Assembly: GCF_031260295.1 (NCBI RefSeq)
Contig: NZ_JAIRKE010000052.1
DNA length: 64,000 nt
Origin: Azonexus sp.
Lineage (GTDB): Bacteria; Pseudomonadota; Gammaproteobacteria; Burkholderiales; Rhodocyclaceae
Direction: 5' to 3' (one strand)
Shown here: positions 40,069 to 50,728 of the stretch, in pieces
How the letters are laid out: each line of letters begins with the position of its first letter
How positions within the stretch are numbered: position 1 is the stretch's first letter
The notes under the pieces: model-generated
What the model was told of the DNA's origin: nothing
The model's database searches: none
The model's input: the letters and a program-made list of their open reading frames with translations, nothing else
Made by a program: the position numbers and the translations under genes

Positions 40069-41094
40069 ATGTCCCCGCGTTATCCCCATGCCGTGCCGCC
40101 GGCTGCCGGCGAGCGTTGCGAAGTCGCTCCCGGCGTTTTCTGGCTGCGCATGCCGCTGCCTTTCCAGCTCGATCACGTCAATCTCTGGCTGCTGCGCGAC
40201 GGCGATGGCTGGACCATCGTCGATACCGGCTTCTCCGACGATGCCGTATGTGCCACCTGGCGCCAGGTCATCGCCGGCCTCGACGGGCCGGTGCGCCGGC
40301 TGATCGTCACCCACTTTCACCCCGATCACCTGGGGCTGGCCGCTTGGTTGTTGGAAGAGACTGGCGCTGCCCTGTGGATGACCAGCGGCGAGTTCCTGAC
40401 CGCGCATGCGGTGTGGCATGAAATCGGCGGTCACGGCGCCCGCTTCATGGTCGAGCAGTTCCGCCGCCACGGGCTGGACGAGGCGCGCCTGAGCAAGTTC
40501 GCGCGGTGCGGTCCCGGCTACCGCCAGGCGGTGCCGGCGCTGCCCGAGCACTACCACCGGCTGCGCGCCGGTGACGTTGTCGGCATCGGCGGCCAGGGCT
40601 GGCGGGTGCTGATCGGCTACGGTCATGCGCCGGAGCATCTGGCGCTTTACTGTGCCGAACTCGGCGTGTTAATTTCAGGCGACATGCTGTTGCCGAAAAT
40701 TTCCACCAACATCAGTGTTTTCGCGGCGACGCCCGATGCCGACGCCTTGGGCTGGTATCTGGATTCGCTGGATGATCTGGTGCGCGAAATTCCGGACGAC
40801 GATACGTTGGTACTGCCTTCGCACGGACTGCCCTTTTACGGGATGGCGGCTCGGGTCCAGGCGCTGCACGCGCACCATGCCGAACGCTTGCGGGCGCTGG
40901 AGGACAGCTGTCAAGACGCGCCGCAGAGCGCGGCCGGAGTGCTCGAAGTTCTGTTCCAGCGGGCGCTCGATACGCATCAAATGATGTTCGCGATGGGCGA
41001 AGCGATTGCCCATCTGAACTATCTGGAGCAAGCCGGTCGGCTGTCGCGCAGAGACGACGCCGATGGCGTGATTCGATTCCAGCGGCCGCGCTAG
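40069..41094 (+). CDS. MBL-fold metallo-hydrolase
   Basis: HFHPDHLG (HxHxDH) motif. Start MSPRYPH at 40069, in frame within ORF 39934..41094. It lies immediately upstream of phaC. Confidence 0.8.
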   Translation: MSPRYPHAVPPAAGERCEVAPGVFWLRMPLPFQLDHVNLWLLRDGDGWTIVDTGFSDDAVCATWRQVIAGLDGPVRRLIVTHFHPDHLGLAAWLLEETGAALWMTSGEFLTAHAVWHEIGGHGARFMVEQFRRHGLDEARLSKFARCGPGYRQAVPALPEHYHRLRAGDVVGIGGQGWRVLIGYGHAPEHLALYCAELGVLISGDMLLPKISTNISVFAATPDADALGWYLDSLDDLVREIPDDDTLVLPSHGLPFYGMAARVQALHAHHAERLRALEDSCQDAPQSAAGVLEVLFQRALDTHQMMFAMGEAIAHLNYLEQAGRLSRRDDADGVIRFQRPR

Positions 41095-41129
41095 CACGCC
41101 GCCGCGCACTGACAGAGGGGGATTCACAT

Positions 41130-42962
41130 ATGTCGCAGCAAACCGAAGAACAATGCAACCTGCCTGATCCGGCCGAGATAGCCAAGACCTATGCCGAGGT
41201 CGCCCAGCGTGCCTCGCGGGTGATCACCCAGTTCATGGAAAAGAAGGCCAAGGAAGGCGTCGATACGCCGAGCGACGAACTCGGCGTGGCCCGGGCCTTC
41301 ATGGATCTGTCAGCGCGCCTCTTGGCCAATCCGTACAAGGTGGCCCAGACCCAGATGAACATGATGTGGGACTACTTCTCGCTGTGGCAGAACAGCTCAA
41401 TGAAGATGATGGGCGTTGCGGTCCAGGCGCCAGTGGCGGCGCCGAAGAAGGGCGACAACCGCTTCAAGGACGAGGAATGGGAGCAGCATTTCCTGTTCGA
41501 TTTCGTCAAGCAGTCCTACCTGATCACCGCCCGTCACATCCACGACACCGTCGCCGGTACCGACGGCCTAGACGAGTCGACGCAGCAGAAGGTCAATTTC
41601 TTCACCCGTCAGTACATCGACGCGCTGTCGCCGTCCAACTTCGCCTTGACCAATCCGGCCGTCTTCCGTGAAACCGTCAAGTCGCACGGCCAGAACCTGA
41701 TCAAGGGCCTGAACAACCTGTTGCACGATGTCGAATCCGGCGATGGCCAGTTGCGCATCCGCATGACCGATACCTCGGCCTTCGAGATGGGCAAGAATGT
41801 TGCCACGACGCCGGGCAAGGTGATTTTCCAGAACGAACTGTTCCAGTTGATCCAGTACGACCCGCAGACGCCGGATCAGTACAAGAAACCCTTCCTGATC
41901 GTCCCGCCGTGGATCAACAAGTACTACATCCTCGATCTGCGCGAGAAAAACTCGCTGGTCAAATGGGCGACCGACCAGGGCCACACCACCTTCATCATGT
42001 CCTGGGTCAACCCGGACGAGAAGCTGGCCGAGAAATCCTTCGAGAATTATTTGCTGGAAGGCGCGCTCGAGGCCGTCAACCAGGTCTGCGCCCACACCGG
42101 CGAGGACAGCATCAACATGGCTGGCTACTGCCTGGGCGGTACGCTGTTGATGACCATGCTCGCCTGGATGACGGCGAAGAAAGACAAGCGCGTCAATTCC
42201 GCGACCTTCTTCACTTCCATGATCGACTTTTCCGAACCGGGCGAACTGGGCGTTTTCCTCGACGAGGGCAGTGTCTCCGGCCTCGAAAAGAAGATGAATG
42301 AGCGTGGCTTCCTGGAAGGGGCGGAAATGGCCACCACCTTCAACATGCTGCGTGCCAACGACCTGATCTGGTCCTTTGTGGTCAACAACTACTTGATGGG
42401 CAAGGACCCGTTCCCGTTCGATCTGCTGTACTGGAACTCCGACTCGACGCGCATGCCGGCGGCGATGCACAGCTTCTATCTGCGCAATATGTATCTGGCC
42501 AACAAGTTGAAGGATCCGGGCGGCCTCACCATCGGCGGCGTCAAGATCGACATCGGCAAGGTCAAGACGCCGTGCTACTTCATTTCGACCATCGAGGACC
42601 ACATCGCACCCTGGAAGAGCACCTACACGGGCGCCCGCCTGCCGACCGGCCCGACCAAGTTCGTGCTCGGCGGCTCCGGTCACATCGCCGGCATCGTCAA
42701 TCCGCCGGTCGCCAACAAGTACGGCTACTGGACCAATGACGCCACCGATGGCAACTTGCCGGAGAGCCCGGAAGACTTCCTGGCCGGTGCCACGCAGAAT
42801 GCCGGTTCATGGTGGACCCATTGGAATCAGTGGGTCACCGCGCTGCCGGGCGGCTCGACCAAGGTCAAGGCGCGCCAGCCCGAAGCCGGTTCCCTCGAGG
42901 TCATCGAACCAGCACCGGGTAGCTACGTCAAATTCCGTCTAGATGCCCAGAAAAAGTCCTGA
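41130..42962 (+). CDS. phaC: Class I poly(3-hydroxyalkanoate) synthase
   Basis: Lipase-box GYCLGGT. 610 aa with the alpha/beta-hydrolase core and N-terminal PhaC domain. Confidence 0.9.
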   Translation: MSQQTEEQCNLPDPAEIAKTYAEVAQRASRVITQFMEKKAKEGVDTPSDELGVARAFMDLSARLLANPYKVAQTQMNMMWDYFSLWQNSSMKMMGVAVQAPVAAPKKGDNRFKDEEWEQHFLFDFVKQSYLITARHIHDTVAGTDGLDESTQQKVNFFTRQYIDALSPSNFALTNPAVFRETVKSHGQNLIKGLNNLLHDVESGDGQLRIRMTDTSAFEMGKNVATTPGKVIFQNELFQLIQYDPQTPDQYKKPFLIVPPWINKYYILDLREKNSLVKWATDQGHTTFIMSWVNPDEKLAEKSFENYLLEGALEAVNQVCAHTGEDSINMAGYCLGGTLLMTMLAWMTAKKDKRVNSATFFTSMIDFSEPGELGVFLDEGSVSGLEKKMNERGFLEGAEMATTFNMLRANDLIWSFVVNNYLMGKDPFPFDLLYWNSDSTRMPAAMHSFYLRNMYLANKLKDPGGLTIGGVKIDIGKVKTPCYFISTIEDHIAPWKSTYTGARLPTGPTKFVLGGSGHIAGIVNPPVANKYGYWTNDATDGNLPESPEDFLAGATQNAGSWWTHWNQWVTALPGGSTKVKARQPEAGSLEVIEPAPGSYVKFRLDAQKKS

Positions 42963-42987
42963 ACCGACAAGGTTCCGAACACTAAAT

Positions 42988-43012
42988 GGGAGGCTTCGGC
43001 CTCCTTTTTTTG
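42988..43012 (+). terminator. Rho-independent terminator downstream of phaC
   Basis: GGAGGCTTCGGCCTCC followed by TTTTTTT. Confidence 0.6.
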
Positions 43013-43111
43013 TCCCAGTTTTCCCTTGATAGCGATGGCCACAAGCAAGATGCCTGCAATAGCTGTGCAATTCGTAGTGCCAGCAAAATCCTTAAAAACC
43101 CGGCGTCGGAG

Positions 43112-44218
43112 CTAAGGTGAGCGTTTCTCCATCACGCCCACGACCAAGTGCCATCCGGCGAGCACGGGCAGCAGGAGCAGGATGCCGACCAGGCTGCCGG
43201 TGAGCCGCGCGATGCCGGGGGAAAGCTCGGCATTCAGATAGCTGTCGGGCACCAGCGTGACCAGGATGACCAGCACAAACTGGGTTCCTCCGTAGGCAAA
43301 GGCGCTTTTGCCGTTCTCGATATGCCGGCCCAGCATCACGCCAAGCGCCATTCCGGCAATCAGTACGGGGGTGGCAAGGTACGTCGAGACATGTGCCAAA
43401 AGCAGGAATGCTGCGGCGAATGCCGCGCCGGAGGCACAGCCGATCACCCGCAGAGCGATGCGTCGGCTCACTGGCCGAAAGCCGCTTTTGCCAATGCCGC
43501 TCAAGGGGATGAGCATCAGCGCCATGATGGTGATGGCGCCTTGCGAAAGTTGCGGAATCTGGAAGGCCGCCCAGAGGAAGGGCAGGATGGCAAGGGCTAT
43601 GGCGCCTTGGCTGGCGTGGCGGGCGGCGTCCGGCAGCCAACTGAAACGGGGCGGCGGCGGGCTGGGCAAACTGGGCCAGCGTTGTCGCAGCGTCAAGGTT
43701 GAGATCATGCTGATCAGGATGCAGGCAAGCGTACCCGCAGCGGTTTCGCGTATCCGTGTCGAAATGAAAGCCTCCACGACATGCTGAGGATGTTCGAGTT
43801 TGTCCATCAGGATCATGGCGAAGGTCAGGCCGACGAATAGCCGGGCATAGCTGTGCCTGCCCATCAGTGCCCCATAGATCGTGGTGCCGCCAATCAGTGC
43901 CAAGACTGCGGCGGTGGCTGCCGGACTGTGCCAGACCTGCGGCACGATGAGGAACGCCAGCAGCGCGCCGCCGAGGGTGCCGATGATGCGCAGCGCGCCA
44001 CGCCACAGGCTTTCCGAGACATGGCCGCGCATCACCATATAGCCGGAGAAGGCAGCCCAAGAGATGTTCTGCACGTCGGCGAGATGGCCGAAGACGATAG
44101 CGAGCAGTACGGATGCCACACATTCGAGTTCGTCGACCAGGCGCGGGCCGGTGGTAAAAACAGCCCTTACCTCTGCCGCTACACGCTGGTACCACCCGTC
44201 GTCCGCCATATTTAGCAA
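43112..44218 (-). CDS. FUSC / aromatic-acid-exporter family inner-membrane protein
   Basis: Polytopic membrane protein of ~368 aa with FUSC-like topology. The family call is moderate. Confidence 0.65.
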   Translation of the reverse strand: MLNMADDGWYQRVAAEVRAVFTTGPRLVDELECVASVLLAIVFGHLADVQNISWAAFSGYMVMRGHVSESLWRGALRIIGTLGGALLAFLIVPQVWHSPAATAAVLALIGGTTIYGALMGRHSYARLFVGLTFAMILMDKLEHPQHVVEAFISTRIRETAAGTLACILISMISTLTLRQRWPSLPSPPPPRFSWLPDAARHASQGAIALAILPFLWAAFQIPQLSQGAITIMALMLIPLSGIGKSGFRPVSRRIALRVIGCASGAAFAAAFLLLAHVSTYLATPVLIAGMALGVMLGRHIENGKSAFAYGGTQFVLVILVTLVPDSYLNAELSPGIARLTGSLVGILLLLPVLAGWHLVVGVMEKRSP

Positions 44219-44275
44219 CGCTTCATGGCGAGGAAGCCTCGGTATTTATGCCGAGGTGACTGACTTCTTCCAGTC

Positions 44276-44725
44276 TCAGTGGCTGGTCTGGATCAGAGGG
44301 AGGCGTGGCCATTCGATGGCGTCGAGCATGTTCTTGACCACCAGGCCCAGTTCGGTGTCGCCGGTGATTTCCAGTTCGCGGTTAAAGAACAGTGTGTCCG
44401 GGTCTTCCTGGCGGGCCAGCAGTTGCAGGTAGGCGGACAGGTTGGCGGCGAAGGCCAGGTCGGGTTCGCGCTCTGGCCGGAAGACCGGGCGGAACAGGCC
44501 ATTTCGATAGGTATATGAGGCTTCGCCGCCGGTGTCGTTGACCCGCACGCGGAACAGCTTGTCTTCGAGCAGGGCCAGTTCGCTGGCCGGCAGCAGCTTC
44601 ATTTTCAGTGCCGCGTTGAGGCCGGCGACCAGGGCCAGCGCATGCGGCCACTGCGGCAGCCGTTCGCCGAGGCGGGCGACGAAGGACGGCAGGCGGAACT
44701 TGGGAATAGTGAAATGGGTGTTCAT
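44276..44725 (-). CDS. ubiT: SCP2-domain ubiquinone biosynthesis accessory factor UbiT (O2-independent pathway)
   Basis: SCP2 sterol-carrier fold (ELEITGDTELGLVVKNML). It lies immediately downstream of ubiU-ubiV on the same strand. Confidence 0.7.
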   Translation of the reverse strand: MNTHFTIPKFRLPSFVARLGERLPQWPHALALVAGLNAALKMKLLPASELALLEDKLFRVRVNDTGGEASYTYRNGLFRPVFRPEREPDLAFAANLSAYLQLLARQEDPDTLFFNRELEITGDTELGLVVKNMLDAIEWPRLPLIQTSH

Positions 44726-44741
44726 GATCAGGCTCCCCTTG

Positions 44742-45641
44742 TCAGGCGGCTTGCGTGTGGTGCTGGACGATGCCGGCAGCGCCGAACCAGTAGCCGTCAA
44801 CCAGGCCGCTGGCGTTCCAATCGCTGCTGTCGACTGCCACCGCTTCGCCGCGGCGGGCTGCGTCGAAGGCGGCGATGATCGCCGGCATGTGTTGCTGCTG
44901 TGGACTGAGGCGAACGATGTCGATTCCCATGGCCAGCATGTCGGGCATTTCGTGCAGCAGATTGTAGCTCTGCGCCGACATCGTTTGGATGCCGTTGATG
45001 GTCAGGAAATCCTGTCCTTCCCGCGTCTTCAGCGTCAGTCCCTCGGCGTGGTCGAGGCACTTGAACTGGCAGTCATCCTTGTTCAGCTCGTAGTGGCGGG
45101 CCGTGAAGCAGCGTGCCGAGAAGGCCAGGGCGATCTTGCCGAAGGCGAACACCTCGGTCTCGACGCCGGCCGGGCGGCTTTTGTGCAGCGTCTCGATCAG
45201 CGTGCGCGGCGCTTCCAGCGGCGGCACCCAGCGCTTCATGCCGTAGCGGGCGAAGGTGGCCAGTGTTGCCTCGTTGTAGATGTTCAGGTGCGGCCCGGCG
45301 ACGAAACCACCCAACTGCGCACGGCCCTGTACGAGATTGACTGCGCCCAGGTCATTGGCCTCGACCCGGCAGCCGGCCTCGTCGATCAGCCGGCGCAGCG
45401 CTTTCAGATCGCTTTCCGATTCGAGCAGGGCCTGTGCCGAGACGACGACTTCCTTGCCGGCGTCGGTCAGGTCGCGAGCCAGGCCGATCCAGTCGGCGGT
45501 GCGCAATTGCTGGCGGCGCGAGCAGACGACCTCGCCGACGTAGATGATGTCGAGGGCCGGGTTCTGCGCCATTGCGGCGTAAAACTCCATGACCTCGGCC
45601 TTGGGCCAGAAATAGAGCAGGGGGCCTAGGGAGAGTTTCAT
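44742..45641 (-). CDS. ubiV: U32-family peptidase-like UbiV (O2-independent ubiquinone hydroxylation)
   Basis: [25 protein letters not shown]-terminus typical of YhbV/UbiV. About 300 aa. Conserved Cys cluster. Confidence 0.8.
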   Translation of the reverse strand: MKLSLGPLLYFWPKAEVMEFYAAMAQNPALDIIYVGEVVCSRRQQLRTADWIGLARDLTDAGKEVVVSAQALLESESDLKALRRLIDEAGCRVEANDLGAVNLVQGRAQLGGFVAGPHLNIYNEATLATFARYGMKRWVPPLEAPRTLIETLHKSRPAGVETEVFAFGKIALAFSARCFTARHYELNKDDCQFKCLDHAEGLTLKTREGQDFLTINGIQTMSAQSYNLLHEMPDMLAMGIDIVRLSPQQQHMPAIIAAFDAARRGEAVAVDSSDWNASGLVDGYWFGAAGIVQHHTQAA

Positions 45642-45651
45642 CGTATATCTT

Positions 45652-46659
45652 TCAGCGCCACGGCCGGTTGTAGGCGCCCAGCGTTGCCTGGCTGCCTTCG
45701 GAGACCTTGGCCAGCTCGGCCTGCCAGGCCGGCTTGACGTGATAGCGCTCGGCGCCGTCACGCAGCGCGTCGAGCGCCGCGCGCAACGTGCGGGTGACCT
45801 GGGTGACATAGGCCGGGCTGCGCTGGCGGCCCTCGACCTTGATGGCGCGCACGCCGATCTTGACGATATCCGGCAGGATCGGCAGCACGTTGAGGCTGGT
45901 CGGCTCCTCCAGCGCGTAATAGGTATCGCCTTCGACCTCGAAGCGGCCCTTGCACAGGGTTGGGTAGCCGGCTGGCTCGGCGTCGCCGAAACGGTCGATC
46001 AGGATGCCGTTGAGGCGGGTGTCCATCCGCCCCGGCTGCTTGTCCCATTTGACGTACTTGGCCGGCGAGCAGGCGCCGACGGTATTGGGCGACTCGCCGC
46101 AGGCGTAGGAGGATAGCCAGCAGCGGCCCTCGTTCATCACGCACAGGCTGCCGAAGCCGAACACCTCGATTTCGACAGAAGTGTTTTGGATCACATGTTC
46201 GACCTGGGCCAGCGTCAGTACCCGCGGCAGGACCGCGCGGTGGATGGCGAATTCGCGCTGGCAGAAGTTGATGGCCTCGTAGCTGGTGGCCGAGCCTTGC
46301 ACCGACAGATGCAGGCGCTGCTGCGGGTGGCGGTTGCGGGCGTAGTCGAGCAGCCCGACATCGGCCAGGATGATGGCGTCCACGCCCTGGTCGACGGCGG
46401 CGTCGATGGCTTTATGCCAGTCGTCGACGCGCCCGGCCTGGGCGAAGGTGTTGATCGCCAGCAGCACTTCGCGGCCCTTGCCGTGGGCGTAACGGATGCC
46501 GTCGGCCAGGGCTTTCGCCTCGAAATTCAGGCCGGCGAAATTGCGGGCGTTGGTGTCGTTCTTGTAGCCAAGATAAACGGCGTCGGCCCCGTTATCGACG
46601 GCGGCCTTGAGCGCCGGCAAGCTGCCGGCGGGGCAAATCAGGTCGGGCAGCTGACTCAT
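45652..46659 (-). CDS. ubiU: U32-family peptidase-like UbiU
   Basis: [40 protein letters not shown] is collinear with E. coli YhbU. About 335 aa. Confidence 0.8.
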   Translation of the reverse strand: MSQLPDLICPAGSLPALKAAVDNGADAVYLGYKNDTNARNFAGLNFEAKALADGIRYAHGKGREVLLAINTFAQAGRVDDWHKAIDAAVDQGVDAIILADVGLLDYARNRHPQQRLHLSVQGSATSYEAINFCQREFAIHRAVLPRVLTLAQVEHVIQNTSVEIEVFGFGSLCVMNEGRCWLSSYACGESPNTVGACSPAKYVKWDKQPGRMDTRLNGILIDRFGDAEPAGYPTLCKGRFEVEGDTYYALEEPTSLNVLPILPDIVKIGVRAIKVEGRQRSPAYVTQVTRTLRAALDALRDGAERYHVKPAWQAELAKVSEGSQATLGAYNRPWR

Positions 46660-46740
46660 GGGTGCGTCCGGAAGATCAAGCAAAACAGTATAGCCAGCCC
46701 TTCCCGGACCCCATTGATCCTGGTCAAACCCCCCCTTCCT

Positions 46741-47703
46741 TCAGCGAGTGACGATGGTCGGCCGCTGGCCGAGGGTGGCGCGGATCTTCTCGGCGACCTG
46801 CTCGGCGTCGCCGCGGCTGGCGTAGGGGCCGAGTTGTAGGCGGTGGATGCCGCTACCGGGACGGATGACCATAGTCTCGGTCAGCCAGTCCAGTTCGCGC
46901 GTCAGGTGGTTGCGCAGGTTCTCGGCGTTGTCGGGGTTGGCGAAGGCGCCGAGTTGCAGATAGATGCCGGGCCGGTTGTCGTCGCCGTTGGCCGCGACCG
47001 GAGCCTCGTCGCGCAAAGCCAGGCGGGCGATTTCGTCGTCGCCGGAGGCCGGTGGTGCGACCTGGGCGTAGGTGATGCCGGTCGGCTCGCCGGGCAGGAT
47101 GGCTTCGACCTCGACCAAGCCGCTGCCGCCGGTAATCAGACCAAGCTTGTAGGCGGCGGTGTAGGAGAGGTCGATGACGCGCCCGGCATGGAAGGGGCCG
47201 CGGTCGTTGACGCGGACGATCACCGCGTTGCCGGTGTTCAGGCTGGTGACGCGGACGTAGGAGGGCAGCGCCAGCGTCGGGTGGGCGGCAGTCATGCCGA
47301 ACATGTCGTAGATGTCGCCGTTCGAGGTTTTCTGGCCATGGAATTTCTTGCCATACCAGGAGGCAACGCCGCGCTCCTTGTGGGGCTTGACCGCGGTATT
47401 CGGCACGTATTCCTTGCCGAGCACGACGTAGGGGCGGGTCGCCGGCCTGTGTAGCGGCTCCCATTTCGGCTCGGCGTTGGGAATGTCGTCGAGGCCATCG
47501 GGAATCTCATCGCCCGGGCCATCGTCCTTGTAGAAACCGCCGCCACGCTTCAGGGTCACCGTCGGCTTGCTCGTTGGCGTACGGCTGCTGGGCGTGCTCG
47601 CCTCGGTGCCGCCGCCGCTGGGCGAGCGGTGCGTGCTTGTACCGCAGGCGGCGAGCAGCAGCGCGGGTAGCAGCAGGACGAGGAGACGGGAGAGCGGGCG
47701 CAT
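46741..47703 (-). CDS. rlpA: Septal ring lytic transglycosylase RlpA (DPBB + SPOR domains), lipoprotein
   Basis: Lipobox LLLAAC. DPBB WYGKKFHGQKTSNGDIYD. C-terminal SPOR domain. Start at ATG 47703, overlapping the rodA stop (TAATG). Confidence 0.85.
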   Translation of the reverse strand: MRPLSRLLVLLLPALLLAACGTSTHRSPSGGGTEASTPSSRTPTSKPTVTLKRGGGFYKDDGPGDEIPDGLDDIPNAEPKWEPLHRPATRPYVVLGKEYVPNTAVKPHKERGVASWYGKKFHGQKTSNGDIYDMFGMTAAHPTLALPSYVRVTSLNTGNAVIVRVNDRGPFHAGRVIDLSYTAAYKLGLITGGSGLVEVEAILPGEPTGITYAQVAPPASGDDEIARLALRDEAPVAANGDDNRPGIYLQLGAFANPDNAENLRNHLTRELDWLTETMVIRPGSGIHRLQLGPYASRGDAEQVAEKIRATLGQRPTIVTR

Positions 47704-48806
47704 TATTTCTTGACCAGCATGCGGTGGGTCTGGATCGACATCAGGATGCCGATGCCGAGCATCAGCGTGACCAGGGCGGTGCCGCCGTAGCTGATGAAGG
47801 GCAGCGGCACGCCGACCACGGGCAGGATACCCGAGACCATGCCCATGTTGACGAAGGCGTAGATGAAGAAGACCAGCGTGATGGCGCCGGCCAGCAGGCG
47901 CGAGAACAGCGTCGGGGCGCCGGCGGCGATCATCAGGCCGCGGCCGATCAGGAGCGTGAACAACACCAGCAGGATACCGTTGCCGAGTAGCCCCCATTCT
48001 TCGGAGAAGACGGCGAAGATGAAGTCGGTGTGTTTTTCCGGGATGAATTCGAGGTGGGTCTGGCTGCCGCCCAGGTAGCCCTTGCCGAAACTGCCGCCGG
48101 AACCGATGGCGATGGTCGATTGGATGATGTGGTAGCCGGCGCCGAGTGGATCGGAGGTCGGGTCGATCAGGGTCATGACCCGCCGCTGCTGGTAGTCGTG
48201 CATCAGCGACCAGGCGAAGGGCAAGGCGGCGCCAGCGGCGGCGGCGAGGCCGAACATGACCTTCCACGGCAGGCCGGCGAGGAAGATGACGAAAAAGCCG
48301 GCGGCGCCGATCAACAGCGAGGTACCGAGGTCGGGTTGCTTGAGCACGAAACCGATGGGCAGCAGCAGGATGATGCTGGCGATGATGAAATGCCGCGCCT
48401 GGAGCATCGCCTCGTTCTTCTGGAAATACCAGGCGAGCATCAGCGGCATGGCGATCTTCATGATCTCGGAGGGCTGGATGCGCACGATGCCCAGCGACAG
48501 CCAGCGCCGCGAGCCGTTGACGACGACGCCGAACAAGGCCACGCCGAGCAGCAGCACGAGGCCGGTGACGTACAGCGGCACGGCGAAGCGCATCAGCGTC
48601 TGCGGCGGGGTGCGGGCGACCAGCAGCATGATGACGCCGGCCATCGCCATGTTGACCAACTGCTTGTCGAGCTTGTCGAAACCGGCGCTGGAGGTGGCGG
48701 AAAACACCGTCAGCAGGCCGACCGCCATCAACGCCAGGACGATCATCAGCAACGGCAGGTCGAGATGGGCGACGAGGCCCCGGAGGAAGCGCTTAATCAG
48801 CCTCAT
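47703..48806 (-). CDS. mrdB: Peptidoglycan glycosyltransferase RodA (SEDS family)
   Basis: 10-TM SEDS protein. Start MRLIKRFLRG. Downstream of mrdA. Confidence 0.9.
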   Translation of the reverse strand: MRLIKRFLRGLVAHLDLPLLMIVLALMAVGLLTVFSATSSAGFDKLDKQLVNMAMAGVIMLLVARTPPQTLMRFAVPLYVTGLVLLLGVALFGVVVNGSRRWLSLGIVRIQPSEIMKIAMPLMLAWYFQKNEAMLQARHFIIASIILLLPIGFVLKQPDLGTSLLIGAAGFFVIFLAGLPWKVMFGLAAAAGAALPFAWSLMHDYQQRRVMTLIDPTSDPLGAGYHIIQSTIAIGSGGSFGKGYLGGSQTHLEFIPEKHTDFIFAVFSEEWGLLGNGILLVLFTLLIGRGLMIAAGAPTLFSRLLAGAITLVFFIYAFVNMGMVSGILPVVGVPLPFISYGGTALVTLMLGIGILMSIQTHRMLVKK

Positions 48807-50721
48807 GCAGATCATCCTCGAGCAGCGGGCCGTCGCTGGCATCCTCCGGCGCCTCGGTTTCTAACGCCGGCCCGCCGGGCACTCGGCCGGTCAGGTAGTA
48901 GTCGAACACCTGGCGGACGATCGGCGCCGCCGACTGGGCGCCGAAGCCGCCATTCTCGACCATTACCGCGACGACAATCCTCGGCTCGTCCACCGGCGCA
49001 AAGGCGATGTACCACGAGTGGTCGCGCAGGCGTTCGCGCACCTGGCCGGCGACGTAGCGGCCGCCCTTCAGGCTGTACACCTGGGCGGTGCCGGTCTTGC
49101 CGCCGGACTCGTAGGCGGCGCCGGCAAAGGCGCGGGCGCCGGTGCCTTCCCGGGTGACGCTGTGCATGGCCCGCTTGATCAGGTCGACGTGTTCTTTCTT
49201 GTGCGCTATCTGGCGGATCGGTTCGGCCTCGACGGTACGCGTTTCGCCGGTGTTTGGGTTGCTGATGGTGTGCACCAGGTGCGGGCGGAAGACCTTGCCG
49301 TAATTGATGATGTTGGCCAGGGCGTGGGCCATGTGTAGCGTCGAATAGGCGTTGTAGCCCTGGCCGATGCCGACCGAGATGGTCTCGCCGGCATACCACT
49401 TCTGCTGTTCCTTTTTCTTGAAGCGCTGCTGCTTCCATTCCGGCGACGGCAGGATGCCGGTCGCCTCGCCGGGAATATCGATGCCGGTTTTCTGGCCCAG
49501 ACCGAGTTCGCCCATGAAACGGGCGATGGTGTCGATGCCCATGTCGTTGGCCAGGGTGTAGTAATAGGTGTTGCAAGAGACGACGATGGATTTGTACATA
49601 TCAACCATGCCGTGGCCGCCAATCTTGTCGTCCATGAAGCGGCGGTTGCCGAAATTGAAGTAACCCGGGTCGGCGATCGCCTGGCCCGGTGTGCGCTTGC
49701 CGCTGGTCAGCGCGGCCAGCGCCATCAGCGGCTTGAAGGTCGAGCCGGGCGGATGGGTGCTGTAGATGGCGCGGTTGAGCATCGGCTTGTCGGGATTGTT
49801 GTTCAATTCGTCCCAGTCGTCGAAGCGGATGCCGTCGACGAACAGGTTGGGATCGAAGGCCGGCGACGAGACCAGCGCCAGGATCGCGCCGTTGCGCGGA
49901 TCGATCGCCGCCAGCGAGCCGCGGCGGCCGCCGAAAGCCTGCTCGGCGACTCTTTGCAGCCCACTGTCGAGGGTCAGCGCCAAGTTGTTGCCGGGCACCG
50001 GCGGCGTTTGCGACAGCACGCGCACGGCCCGCCCGCCGGCATCGACCTCGACCTGCTCGTAGCCGGCGACGCCGTGCAGTTCGTACTCGTAGTGGGCCTC
50101 CAAGCCGACCTTGCCGATGTGGTCGGTACCCTTGTAATTGGCTTCTTGGCCGCTTTCCTCGATGGCTTCCTTGTCCTTGGCGTTGATCCGGCTGATGTAG
50201 CCGATCGCGTGCGCGGCCAGTGCGCCTTCCGGATACTGGCGGAACAGCCGGGCCTTGACCTCGACACCGGGGAAGCGATAGCGGTTGGCGGCGAAGCGGG
50301 CCACCTCTTCGTCGGAGAGGCGGGTGCGGATCGGGATCGACTCGAAGGTTTTCGATTCCTCGAGCAGGCGCTTGAAACGGCGGCGGTCCTTGAGCTGAAT
50401 CTCGACGATCTCGGCCAGGCCGTCGATGGTTTCCTCCAGGCCAAGCGTTTTCGACGGCGTGATTTCCAGCGTGAAGGCCGAGTAGTTGCGGGCCAGGATG
50501 ACGCCGTCGCGGTCGACGATGGTGCCGCGATTGGGCACGATCGGTACCAGCGAGATACGGTTGCTCTCGGCACGCGTCTTGTAATAGTCGTGTTGCAGCA
50601 CTTGCAGGTAGAAAAAGCGGGCGAACAGCAACAGGAAGGCGAGCAGAATGCCGGCGCTGGCCACCAGCAGGCGGTTGCGAAAGCGGTCGGTATCCTGCTC
50701 CTGGTGGTAGAAGTCGCTCAT
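48793..50721 (-). CDS. mrdA: Penicillin-binding protein 2 (elongasome transpeptidase)
   Basis: SxxK (STFKP) and KTG (GKTGTAQV) motifs. N-terminal TM anchor. Start MSDFYHQEQ. Confidence 0.9.
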   Translation of the reverse strand: MSDFYHQEQDTDRFRNRLLVASAGILLAFLLLFARFFYLQVLQHDYYKTRAESNRISLVPIVPNRGTIVDRDGVILARNYSAFTLEITPSKTLGLEETIDGLAEIVEIQLKDRRRFKRLLEESKTFESIPIRTRLSDEEVARFAANRYRFPGVEVKARLFRQYPEGALAAHAIGYISRINAKDKEAIEESGQEANYKGTDHIGKVGLEAHYEYELHGVAGYEQVEVDAGGRAVRVLSQTPPVPGNNLALTLDSGLQRVAEQAFGGRRGSLAAIDPRNGAILALVSSPAFDPNLFVDGIRFDDWDELNNNPDKPMLNRAIYSTHPPGSTFKPLMALAALTSGKRTPGQAIADPGYFNFGNRRFMDDKIGGHGMVDMYKSIVVSCNTYYYTLANDMGIDTIARFMGELGLGQKTGIDIPGEATGILPSPEWKQQRFKKKEQQKWYAGETISVGIGQGYNAYSTLHMAHALANIINYGKVFRPHLVHTISNPNTGETRTVEAEPIRQIAHKKEHVDLIKRAMHSVTREGTGARAFAGAAYESGGKTGTAQVYSLKGGRYVAGQVRERLRDHSWYIAFAPVDEPRIVVAVMVENGGFGAQSAAPIVRQVFDYYLTGRVPGGPALETEAPEDASDGPLLEDDLHEAD

Positions 50722-50728
50722 CGGTGGA

